A stretch of 64,000 bases of DNA from Octopus sinensis (taxonomy: Eukaryota). Location of the stretch: positions 41,168,001 to 41,232,000 of the forward strand of contig NC_042998.1 of NCBI RefSeq assembly GCF_006345805.1, written 5' to 3'. Of the stretch, positions 52,123 to 64,000 are shown piece after piece (within the stretch, counting starts at the first letter, position 1; every line of letters begins with the position of its first letter). Made by a program: the position numbers and the translations under genes. Under the pieces are notes generated by a model. It was not told the origin of the DNA and did no database searches. It saw only the letters and a program-made list of their open reading frames with translations.

Positions 52123-53683
52123 TCTGCATATTGTTTTTTTTTTTCTGCTTTTGTTTTTAAGATATATGCATGAATAAGAGGAGCCAAAAACTGTTTAGAT
52201 TATGTTAAACAAAGGATTATTTCTGTTTGAAGAGCTTTTTGAATGTAATCTATTCAACTAGATTGCTATTAATTGGAAGGAATTAAATTACCCCACTTAA
52301 AGTGAAGTGTGTGGCATATGGATATATTGATGTTGTTTTTGTGTTATAGTTTTTATATACAAGTTAATAGAATAATTGGTTCAAATAATTATTCCCATTG
52401 AATCAGGTGCTGAACAAAATCTGAAAAATAAAAGGACAGTTATTTAGCTTTCATTCCTGATTACTCAATAATCTTAATTAGTGCATTGCTCAGAAGGAAA
52501 ATAGACAGATTTTATGAAGGTTAAAATGCTAGTTTATTAAGTAAATCATGTCTAATTTTACACAATATTGCCTTTGCTACAAAAACATGAATTGCAGTTG
52601 TGTTCTTTATTAATTTAACGGGAAAGAGCATAATGTTTATATTTTTTACTGAATGGAGATTTATAGTTACCAGTTAATAAGTTTCTTTCAAAATCTCATC
52701 AAACTTAAATAGGGTCTAAAGCTCTGAAGGTTAATCAGTGAATTTTCCTCAAAAGTCAATGATAAAATATTTACATAAAAAGTGGAATTCCTGTAAAACA
52801 CACTCTGCTAAATCTGTTAATATAATAATGGGTATTTCTAGTATTTAAAAAACAGTAGTAGGTAATAATTATGTGTTATATATTTGTATATTTATATATA
52901 TCTTGAAATAATCAGAAGTGAAATGGAAAATTTCAGAACTATACAACTCAAATTTCCAATACTTTACTTTTAATTAAGCTGTCATAATAAAGAAGAGAAT
53001 GGGTAGCTCATCTGTTCTCTGCCGATTTGTTTGTCTCCCTACCCCTCACTCACAAACCTCACAGCAGGCAAGCGTTAGAATTTAAACATGAAACTTCCTC
53101 AGGATGATGATGAAACATTGTTTATCTTGGACATCTTTTTTTCTTCTACTCTTATCTTCAAACTATCATTCAGCTTCTGTTGAAAAATATTGTGTCAGCT
53201 ATCATCATCATTATTGTTGTTCTTAGCTATTCAGTAGTAAACTTGGTTCTGTGTCAGAAGATTTAAATTTATATATTTGAGAAAAAAAATTCAGTTCCAC
53301 AAGAGGTAACCAATGTAACTGAACTACATAGCACTAGTTTAAGGTGAGAAAAGCTACTCATAACAGATAAGCCTCGACTAAATACTTAATTATAACTTCA
53401 TTGTTTTGTCACTACCACTTTGGACATTTTAAAATCTGTTCACTTGTGTGTTTTAACACTTGGTCTGCTTTCTTGGAAATTCATCTGATCTCTTCTTTCT
53501 TTGATAACTCTTATCAATTGTTTTATTGAATTAAGTCAAGCTAAATAATGTATTTGAGCAGCTTTTGTCCTTTAAAGGTTCTTGGATTTTCGGGTTCCGT
53601 TTAACTTGATCAGATAAGCTCTGCTGCCAATTGCCAGCTGGAAAAACCATATAGAAATATTCCAAGTGTTCATCCTCCCACCC

Positions 53684-53686
<3 letters not shown>

Positions 53687-53758
<72 letters not shown>
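53687..53758. repeat. (TC)n microsatellite
   Basis: Perfect tract; source of the (ER)n pseudo-ORF. Confidence 0.98.
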
Positions 53759-53763
<5 letters not shown>

Positions 53764-55324
53764 TTTGGTATATAGTGTTCACTTTCATTTAATATTTTTA
53801 TTATTTCTTTAAAAACAAAAATGAAATGTTATTTTTATTACCATTGTGATATTTTGTGAATTAGGTCTTTGATTTTTTTTTTTCTTAGTAGCTTACATTT
53901 TATTTTTTAAATCATTTTAATGTCCTCTCTTTGTTGGTATTACGTCATATTTGACAGTTTCTATTAGTTTAATTAATTCAACTTCCTTGGGTGAAATATG
54001 GTTCTGAATGAAAATTAAAGTTATGCTTAGTATAAGGATATCTTGTTGAACTTAAATGTTGAATTATCTATAAGAATTATTTATCGAAACAATAGTTTTC
54101 CTGCTTTGAAAGAATTTTTATTATAAGTTCAAAACCTATAACATACAGCTTCATATATAACTCTTGACACATGTCTGATCATCTTCTATTAAATTTTTCT
54201 TTATCTTAACATACCATCTAGCAGTCATGTTGATATTAAAACCTCCATATTAATATATGGTTAACTATGAGTTCTCTAAATAAGCCTGTCATGCTACAAT
54301 AACTCCTGAGTATGCAACATATTTCACATGTATTATGATCGTTAGCCGTATTATGAGTGACTGCACATTAAATCAATGAACTAAAAAGATGCTCTCTTAC
54401 ATCATTCTGTCTTATTTAATGAGTAACATGGATTGCTAACTGTACATAAGAATGTCTTGTTAGTGAAGCAACATTTACTGCACAGTTGCTAAACTCTAGA
54501 TATTTGTTGTCATTTTATCTACAGCTGAAATCAGCCTAACTTCATAATTCTTTGTTAATTATACCTTTGGACTAACATCTGTAGTTAAATGAAACTTACT
54601 ATTCACTATAGTAAAATATAATTTTAAAAATATATTTTATCTTGAAGGTATCTTCCAAACAAAAACCATATTAATGTAACAGCTATTTGGAAAAGTAAAA
54701 TTATTTTCATGTCAAATTATTTCCATCAAATCTTTTTAAAAAGAAATTTTAAGCACTTGTATAGAAATTTAATTACATATTTACATGGAAATATTTTGCA
54801 ATTTGCCATTGTTTTCTTATGGTTTCTTACGTAAAATTAATAAACAAATTATATATCCTTATAGCATAACCACTCAAGCTATTTTATTTTTAACTATTTT
54901 ATTCCAGAAATATTGGAAAAGAAATTGTTTGTAGGTATAAAAAGTAATTGTTGAAGAATGACAAATGTAACAAATTCAATAAGTATCATTTATCATATAA
55001 TAATGTACGAATTAATCATTTGATAATATTTATTCAGAATAATAATCTGGCTTGACTGTAAAAGAAGAGTAATATAAAATCTAGAAATTTGAATGTAGTG
55101 CATTTCTTTTGATCATATTAACTAATCAACAGGGTATAAAAGAACTTATAGGGATAAAGATTATATACACAGAGGCAAAGCAGAACAAGTACCAAGTTAA
55201 TGTTAAATTGACTGTATTTCTGAATAATAAGAAATGTATAGATGCAGAATATCAAAATATCTGTTAATTCCTAAGAATTCTATTTTTTAAAATATCTCTT
55301 AATAAGATAGTTTTTTATACGCAT

Positions 55325-56150
55325 ATGCAAACATGGTGGTGGTATTAAGTTTGTTTGGTAACTCGGTGGTTCCGGGTTCAGTTCCACTGCACAGCACCTT
55401 CAGCAAGTATCTTCTGATGTAGTTCTGATCCGACCAATGCTTACAGATTCCACCACGTGTGCATATATATTTCACCACACAAAAATTGTGTCTGTGTGTC
55501 TGCACTCATGCCTGTGTTTGTGTTCCTTTGTCTGGACTTCATGTGTGAGTTGTAAGCATCCTTCACTGCCATACAAGCAGTGTTACTCATTTTCAAACAT
55601 CTGCGAAAACTTGTCCACCTATGGGAAAATACTGTTATATCTGGAAATGATAACACAAGAAAGTATAAGAAAGTAGATATTGAAATGATGAAAACAATGG
55701 GTATATATTATATATATACACACACACACATACACACACATACATATATACACAGACACAGGCATGGCAATGTGGTAACAAATTACTCCCAACCACGATT
55801 CTGGGGTCAATGTCACTGTGACACTTTGGGGGAAAATGTCTTCTACTATAGCCTCAAGCTAACCAAAGGCTTGTGAGTGGAACTTAGCAGTTTGGCAAAA
55901 GTGATGATAGAATAAGTACTAGGTTTAAAAAATAAATCCTGGGGTCAATTTGTTTGACTAAAACTCCTTCAATGCAGTGCTCCAGCATGGCTGCAGTCAC
56001 ATGACAGAAACAAGTAAAAGAATATGGTTCCTAGTTCAATCCCACTGTATGGCACCTTGGGCAAGTGTCTTCTACTATAGCCTTGGGCTAACCAAAGCCT
56101 TGTGAGTGGATTTGGTAGACAGAAACTGAAAGAAGCCTGCCTTATGTGTG
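55325..56150 (+). mobile_element. Cluster of three family A SINE pieces
   Basis: Heads at about 55325, 55760 and 56026; tail cagcatggctgcagtcacatgacagaaacaagtaaaag at 55983-56020. Another tail half at about 56790-56998. Confidence 0.8.
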
Positions 56151-56174
56151 TGTATGTATATATGTATATTATGT

Positions 56175-56580
56175 CAGGTCACTTTTGAGTGCTACTGGTA
56201 ACATGTAACCCAGTACAAACTGTTGCATGGTTAGGTCGTCGGCGACTAAACCGGCAACCCCATCAAGCTTGCTTGGTGAGGAGGGTGTTTATTGGACACC
56301 CTGCGAGATGAAAAACAAAACCCGTCAAAGGGCGGAGGAACTCTTGAGAGTCAACAGCCATCCAATAAATGTCTTAAGGATGTATCATGCGCGGGGATAT
56401 AGAAATAATCGGACTGAATACCTGATCGCACGGTTAAACCATTGGGAGTGAAGGACTCCTAGCCTTTGTTAGGGCATCCTTCTAGGAGAAGGTAACTCAG
56501 GTAACTGGGATAACTCCGACATAAAACCTGTGGCTCAGTGGTTACCGATGATGTTGACTCAGTGCACAGCCTTTCTTCAC
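56175..56580 (+). mobile_element. Probable 5' leader of an RTE-type LINE (isolated, CpG-rich)
   Basis: GC- and CpG-rich relative to its flanks. gggcatccttctaggagaaggtaactc...aaacct resembles RTE 5' UTR motifs as I recall them. No long ORF follows. Confidence 0.5.
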
Positions 56581-56748
56581 TTTAAAAATAATCTTCTTGC
56601 ACAGGCATTGCGCAATAACAACTTTGATTAAGCTTTGTGCAATGGCCATACTCGATAACGAGGGGGCAGCCACCATATATATATATATATGCAGTTAATC
56701 CTACAACCTCTTTTATATCTACCCCTTTTGATGTTTGGGAATTCTCTG

Positions 56749-56781
<33 letters not shown>

Positions 56782-57299
56782 TATATATCTGTATGTTTGT
56801 GTGTCTGTGTTTGCTCACACCATTGCTTGACACCAATGTTGGTGTGTTTACATCCCTGTAACTTAGTGGTTCAGCAAAAGGAACCAATAGAATATGTACT
56901 AAGCTTACAAAGGACAAGTCCTGGGGTCAATTTATTTGACTAAAGCTGGTGCTCGAACATGGCTGCAGTCAAATGACTGAAACAAATAAAAGAATAAATA
57001 TATAGAAAGAGAGAGAGAGAGAGGAACATACAAACTTACAATGTACATGCACAGAGTGATTTGTGTTCTGAAGTGCATTCTACAAGTGGTATGATTGGAT
57101 GATATCTGTTGCATGAAATAAGTACCATTCAATAACAATGCTGAAAAATCTGGCAGTTATTTCATACTGTAGATCCATTCTGCCAATGCCGGGATGAAAA
57201 AATTATTAAAATGATGTCAGTAACTGCCTCGTCGCCTCTCCATGAATATCTTAATGCATAAATCACACGAAAAATGTAATACCAATCAATGTGATATAA

Positions 57300-57535
57300 A
57301 TAAATCTATCTAGAGAGCTTACACTATGTTCAACTTGCTAGAAGTAACAACCAAATCTCCTTAAATCTCACCCTATTGTCTTAAAAAGAAATATGGAGGA
57401 GCATATTGGGTATGTAATCAGTCATAGTTACACTGTACTTGTGAAAGAAAAAATTATTTAATGACAGATGGAGTGCCTTTAATCATAAATCTACTCAATC
57501 ACATCAGATCTGAGGTTAAGCAACAAGAATGAAAA
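57300..57535 (+). mobile_element. Solo copy of the CR1/Zenon-like tail
   Basis: cttgctagaagtaacaaccaaatctccttaaatctcaccctattgtcttaaaaag...gaggttaagcaacaa matches the 7610-7800 tail. Confidence 0.7.
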
Positions 57536-57691
57536 TATAATTATCCATGTCCTTCAAATATCTGAGTGAAAATTCAAGTTCATAGGTCTGCGCTCTGAGT
57601 TCAAGCACTACCAAGGTCAGTTTTACCTTTTGTCTTCATGGTGTTTATAAAAAGAATACCAGTAAGTACTGAGGTTGATTCTCTCTGTCTT

Positions 57692-57741
<50 letters not shown>

Positions 57742-60270
57742 GAGAATTGTATGTGATAAGTATCATGGTTTACAACTCACAGCTTCCCCTTCTCCAGAAA
57801 TGGAGGAGTCTTAACTGAGAGGTTTGCATTGTTTTTCATGGGAAAATGAATCTGATTTTGAAGCCATCTTATGACAGTCCAATGTGCAATACAGCACTGA
57901 GCAGAAATTAAGAAGAATAGTTATTTTAACTTTAAAAAGACACATTAATTTAAGTGAACATCCATGCTTTCTAACCTCTTTAGAAAAATGTTAAGCTGTA
58001 CACTTCAGGCAAATTAAAACAAGTCTTTGGTTCTCCTTTAAAGCTGCACAGTGAGTGTCAATCAAAAATCCTAATATTTTGTTTGATTCAAAACTATCCA
58101 TAAGGAATGACTAGAAGCATAATTTGAATAGGATAAAGAAAAAAGTTATTGATTTGGTTCTCAGATTTACTGAATGTGACAAGGCTGGTTCATTGAACTA
58201 CTGGCATCACTCATTTTTGTCAGCTGAGTGGACTGGAACAACATACTGCTGGGAATTGAACTCATGACTTTATATTCATGAGTCGAATATACTAATCACT
58301 AAGCCACTCACATTCACTGCTTTTTAATACTTGCATTAAGTAAACATGCATCTAGTTGTAGTTATTTCCTCTGTTAGCCTTAGTGTGTGCATCAACCCTG
58401 TCTTCTAGATCTTGGTTTACCTCTATTCTGGGTATGATATACTACAGGTATTCAACTTTTTTGTTTTTTATCCCTAGTATTCAACATCTATTTTCATCTT
58501 ATAAACGTATGTTATCTTTTTATTCTTCATCCTGAGCAGCTCGTGTTCTTATCCTCATTCCTTGTAACTTTTTATTTCACTTGAATTTAATTTACTTTTG
58601 AAATCTCTGGTATTCATTTTCCATATTCAGTACCTCATCTTATCCAGATTTCAATTATGTTTTAAATATTTCCACACATTGCTTATTGTGTCTGCTATTG
58701 AAATAATTTTGTTGTATATTTTAAAACTACTATTTAAAAATAATATTTCATTCCTATCTATTTTATTGAATTTCTATTTTAATATCTTCTCTTCACACTT
58801 GGGAATGCTTTTAAATGTGCTGTCTTTTTCTCTCTTTAGTGTAACATACTAATAGTTTCTCAGTCCTATATTCAGTAACAACTTGTGCCATAGGCAATGC
58901 ACCTTTGTAATTTCCTTTTGAAGCATTCAGTTTTTGTTTTGCTTTATTGTAAGCTACATTAGTTCTTCTGAAGTATTAATTTGTTTATATAATACTAGTT
59001 TGATGGTTTCCATATGGTTTTCGTCAAGATTGTATTTTTTATGTGTTTTTCTTTGATGGATTCTGTTAACGAACATAACATAGGAGGCGCTGTAAACTCT
59101 CAGATTCAGATACATTAATCTTTTATGTGTTGCAAGTCAACCATTGAAAAATAAATTGATAACTATAATAATGATAATGATGACTTTGTGTCTCAGAGAG
59201 GAAATTTAATCCTGTCTTCTTGTCTTTTATATCATCACCTTACATTGTCACATAAATTTGTATAAATCTTTGCAGCATTAGTATTGTATTTTTTTTAATT
59301 GGTACTTATGTGAACAAGTTTGCTTCACCTCTACAACTAACATTGTCACTCTTTATAAACATATAAGTCTAATGACTTCTTAGGTAGATCGTACATTTAT
59401 AACAGTAAGGTAACATACCAAAAACTGAGGGGGGTTTTCTTCAGGGCTAGTAAATGTCATGACCTAAACAGTTGCTGACCATTGTTTCTTAGTACAAGTA
59501 TGTTCAACATTTGAGTACTATTTATATATCTGAGATAGAGCACCCACAACACTTTAGAGATTGCACCCATAAAAGAAGTCATTACATGGTACACTACATT
59601 GCTATATTTTATACTGTATCTATCTCTCTCTTTGTGTAAGCATAATGTTATATGCTTCACTCCAATTTTCTTTCCTGTAAAACTCGCTGCATATATATTG
59701 ATGAGAAAACTTTCAGAAATTTTAATTAATTATTCAATATTTTAAATTTACCTTCTATCCTTGAACAAAAAAAGCCTGTGGGTAGTCTTTGCTCCTAAAT
59801 TATAAATAAATACTCTAGTATACCAAAAAGTATATGCATTTCATATATTATGCATTCCATAAATAAAATAATTCAGAATCTCTAGATGTGTAATTTATGA
59901 TTTAATAACATAATTTCATACTTAAGGCCATGAGAAATGCTATTTTTCAAGACTCCACAAAGCAAGGTGTTGTAAACACATACCAAATTTATTATATGCG
60001 TGTGCATACATATACACACAAAAACAAAAGTACAGACATGGCTATGTGGTTAAGAAGTTTGTTTCTTAACCACTTGATTTCATGTTCAGATCCACCATAC
60101 AGTATGCTCTGCATATCTCTGAGCTGACCAAAACCTTGTGAGTGGGTTTGGTAGTCAGAAACTGAAAGAAGCCCATCATATATGTGTGTGTCTGTATGCA
60201 TATGAAATGTGCGTGTTACTATTTGTTTTAACATTATGTGATAGTTGTAAATGAGCATTGTCATTATCTA

Positions 60271-61521
60271 CTGGGTGTTTGAGTTAAATTTGAGGATTTT
60301 TTATTCAGGAACAGTTTGATGTATTGGTGAACAGGCAACAGTGTTGGAGAGCATAAAGATGAAAAGTTCTAAGAAAGAAAAAGTTAGCTAACATGAGGGA
60401 CTGAAGCCATCTGAATATTGGAAAAGAGTTTGCTGTATAATGTTGATTTGCATTGGTTATCAAAATGCTGAACACCATGACTGCTGCTCAGTGCTCTATG
60501 AACACTGTAATGGCTGTAAGATGTGACATGGATGGCTGCAATGGAGCCTACAAAGCCATGATGTACAGGAAGCATTCTGAGCATGTCAGCATGCTGGAAT
60601 TCACCCAGTAACTGCAGAACAAAGTAATGGTAGATCCAAACAAGGGAACCAGGCATTTTGGCATGAGAGTTGAATGTTGGAGTCACCACTGTATAGCTGG
60701 CTCTGAATGAGCACCTTCACTACCACTCATATAAGTGGCATAAGGGACAAATTCTGACAGCCATGAAGAATTGCTTAACAAAGGCAAAAAAAACTCCTAA
60801 ACAACTGAGGCATTGTGTTGGGCTGGGAATGATCTGGTTCTACTCAGATGAAAAGAACTTCTGCCAGGACCTGTTGCACAATACCTAGGACAACAGGTGG
60901 CTTGCCTACAATCTGTGTGCTGTCCCATGTATCATGGAAACCAAGTTCCCCCAAACTGTAATGGTTTTTTGGTGTGTCTCCAATGAAGGTGACATCATAC
61001 CACATATCTGAACAGGGCCTTAAACTTAATTCAGACAGCTATATGAAGCTGCTGAAGACTGTGGTCAAGCCTTTGCTGGAGAGGGTTGCTACTGTAAGGC
61101 CATATGTGTGGCAGCAGGATTCACTTCATTGCCATACCTCCAGAAAGAGAAGTGGTTGTCAGAGAATTTCTATGATTTCACTAGCCTCAATTTCTGTTCT
61201 CCTAATTCCCTTGGTTGTATTCCCATGGATTACTCTGTGTGGCACATAGTTGAGAAAGACACCGACTGCTCTGCCTGCAACAACCAAGGTAAAGCTGGTG
61301 GCCAAGATCAAGGGTTTTTTGAAGATCTTTAGTGAGGAATACATGCACTGAGTTCTGGAGCTGTCTTGAAGCCATAATGGAAGCTGAGGACAGCTACTTT
61401 GTGTAAACTGTTGTCTCCCAGCCATAATCTACTTGATATTTTTTTTTTGATTTTTTAAAACACTCTTCATTTTTTTTGTTTTTGTTTTATGCGAACTGTC
61501 AAATTTAGCTCAAACACTTTG
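60271..61521 (+). mobile_element. Full-length (1251 bp) but inactivated Tc1/mariner element of DD37D (maT) type
   Basis: TA at 60269-60270 and 61522-61523; imperfect ~27-bp TIRs (C...GTGTTTGAGYTAAATTTGA). Motifs YSDEKNF, VMVFWCVSNEG, PYVWQQDS and SPNSLGCIPMDYSVW, with about 37 residues between the second and third Asp after frameshift correction. Multiple stops. Confidence 0.9.
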
Positions 61522-64000
61522 TAAGTGGTATTATTTATTTTCAGTCTTCTTTAGAAACATGTCTGACTATGGGATAGTATTACTTTACTTTGGGAACAGG
61601 CGAGAGTTAGTAACTGGAAGAGCATCCAACCATAGAAAAATCTGCCCTGTATGAATTCCATCTGAACTATGCATGCATGGAAAAGTGAATGTTTAAACAA
61701 CAATTCTAATTTGTTCATTCAATTAAGTTCCATTTTTCTATGCTAGAATTTGTTGGCTGGGAGCTCAAATGGGTCAAACTTTTATAGTTGGATGCTCTTC
61801 TATCACCAAACCTTACCTGTTTTTCAAGTGAGGGATCATTTTGATTTGTCAAATCTTTGAAAATTCAACTCAACCTGTTGTAATGTCAACAGATAATGTA
61901 ATATATCATATCACTGGTAGCAACAAGCCAAGACATAGGATGCCAGTATTCATGTGTACACACACACACACACACACGATGAGCTTTCTGCAGTTTCTGT
62001 CTGCCAAATTCACTAAGACTATAATAGAAAGCACTTGCTCAAGGTTTCATGCAGTGGGCCTAAATCTGAAATCTTGCAGTTGCCAAGCAAACATCTTAGC
62101 ACCACAGCCAAGCCTTCACATGCATAAATACATGCTTGTGCAGGTATCTGCATGCTCACACACACACACACTAATACATATATATGTAACATTAAATTTA
62201 GATCAAAATAAGACTGAAAAACTAGTTAGAGAGGAAACATTTTAGTAATATTTTAGGTACTAATGATATGGAAATCATATACTACTATAAAACTTAACAA
62301 AAAAAACTGAAAATCCTTCTTGAAATGTCTTTTTAAGAAATTCATTAGACTTATTCTTTCTTCTAAAGGAATACAAATATTAAAGGAGTACAAGTGTACT
62401 GTACAGTTTCTGTTCTAATGAAATAATTTTGATTTATTCTGCCAGACTTGCTTGAATGTTGGGGAAAATGCCTTGTAATATTCTTTCTGGGCTTTTACAT
62501 TCCAAGTTCAAATCCTGCTGAAATTAACTTTGTCTTTCATCTTTGAGGCTCAATGGAATAAATACCAGTCATTTATTTTGGTTCATGTAATTGACCATTC
62601 CTCTCTTCTCAAAAATAGTTCACTAGTACTGAAAGCTAATTCGTAAATAAAGTTTTAAGCATTTAGCTTTTAAAAAAAAAAAGCAAATCGGAATCTGAAA
62701 TGTTTAGTCCTGATGAGATTTCTATTTTGACTTAAAATTAATAAAATTGGTTCATAATATACAAAGACTTAATAGAAAACAAAATTATAGAATATATAGC
62801 AATTGAGTAATTATAGTTCTATAAATTTTAGTTCTTAAAATCATTACTTATGTTTTCTGTCTGTCTTTGTAGTTTATTGTAGAAGTTAATAACCAGACAC
62901 ATTTATAAACACATTGAAAGATATTTTAATACTTGCAAAGGAATAGTATTTTCTGTGGAAAATAAGTCTCCTCTTCAAAAGTTAGAAAATATAATAGAAA
63001 ACAAGGTTACATATTTTGATAATTTTAACCTGTGTTCACCAGAACAAATGTTGAAATGTTCAACTAACTATTGAGATTTAGAAATACAATATTTTGTATG
63101 TTTTCTCTTCAGTCGAACCTATAATTGCATAAATTTGAAAATTGATCTCCAGGCAAATTTCTGTTTGGATAATTTAGAAATAATTTGAGAAATTTGATTT
63201 GAACAATAATTTATAGCAAAGTATCTTTTGGCTAAAGTAGATTGTAGATTCTTTACTGATGACCAAAATGATTAGTTGCAGGCTACATGGTACAATCACA
63301 TGGTTCAAGATTCAAATTTCACTGCACACAGTCGAAGCAAAGGTTTCTTACTATAGCTTTGAGTTGACCAATGTTTTGTGAGTGAAATTTGGTAGATATT
63401 AATTGTTTTATTTATTTATTACAATTGCATTGTGAAGAGTTATTTTAACCATTTGAGAATACTGCAATTTGTTACACTTATATTTATTTCTTAATAATAT
63501 TATTGTCTATTACCATTAAGTGTCACAAAATTTCCATTGCACTTCTATAAACAAGTTACTGATACAATTGCACTACAATTGAAGAAAATCAAATACTGAC
63601 CAAATTTTATAAGCCTCTGGAATATTATTTCAATTCTTTAAACATGGGAGTAGCTAATATCTTACATGTCTGTCTAATTACATATGGTCATTTGTGCTTT
63701 TGTGTTTGCCTGTATGTAGTTTTATAATGATGTCACTTAGTTTAATGACAAAAGTATATTATTTTTATCTATTTATCATGATTCAAATTATGTATTAAAT
63801 AAAAAGAGATTCTTTTTACTATAATGCAATTATTAACAATATTAATAAAATTACAATAATGAATCATTTTAAGAACATTTTAAAAGGTAATTTAATTATA
63901 TCTTATATTGTACTCTTAGTTAAACTTTTGTGAGGAGTAAACAAATAAAGCATTTCATCAGAGAGACATATCAACAATTGTCAAGTTGCCTAAACTGTAA

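Noticed and set aside
52980-53760. GC-richer patches with a CCAAT and a GA tract as a possible internal promoter
   Set aside because: No associated ATG-donor exon and only short motifs; cannot be supported from sequence alone.
59056-59097. MDSVNEHNIGGA followed by GTAAAC as another first exon
   Set aside because: Weak donor context (GCT|GTAAAC) and no downstream exon in the window to test phase.
62883-63080. About 65 open codons after a pyrimidine-rich acceptor region
   Set aside because: The strong first AG gives stops in all phases, the peptide is not spectrin-like, and the donor is poor.

Overview
AT-rich eukaryotic DNA, almost entirely intronic. The repeat landscape (tRNA-headed SINEs, RTE and CR1-type LINEs, long (TA)n tracts) looks like an octopus/coleoid cephalopod genome; this is inferred, not database-checked. 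One host gene is supported on the + strand. Two phase-0 exons (1390-1521 and 20598-20753) join across a 19-kb intron into 96 aa of tandem spectrin repeats, most similar by eye to the dystrophin/utrophin rod. No further exon was recognised in the remaining 43 kb. A candidate alternative first coding exon (19231-19284, MDFLQNAECEDECLGSLK) could splice in frame into the second exon. The rest is decayed mobile DNA: mariner, a full-length DD37D (maT-type) fossil, piggyBac- and hAT-type MITEs, RTE and CR1-type LINE fragments, a Ty3/gypsy gag remnant, many SINEs, and a 6-kb (TA)n island packed with retroposons. The most notable unexplained structures are two ~200-bp, ~95-96% identical inverted duplications of non-repeat DNA, and a two-hairpin 3' motif with compensatory changes shared by two LINEs and a SINE family. 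I found no CRISPR array, rRNA or intact tRNA gene, or prokaryote-type system. Repeat boundaries are approximate unless defined by TSDs, TIRs or splice sites.
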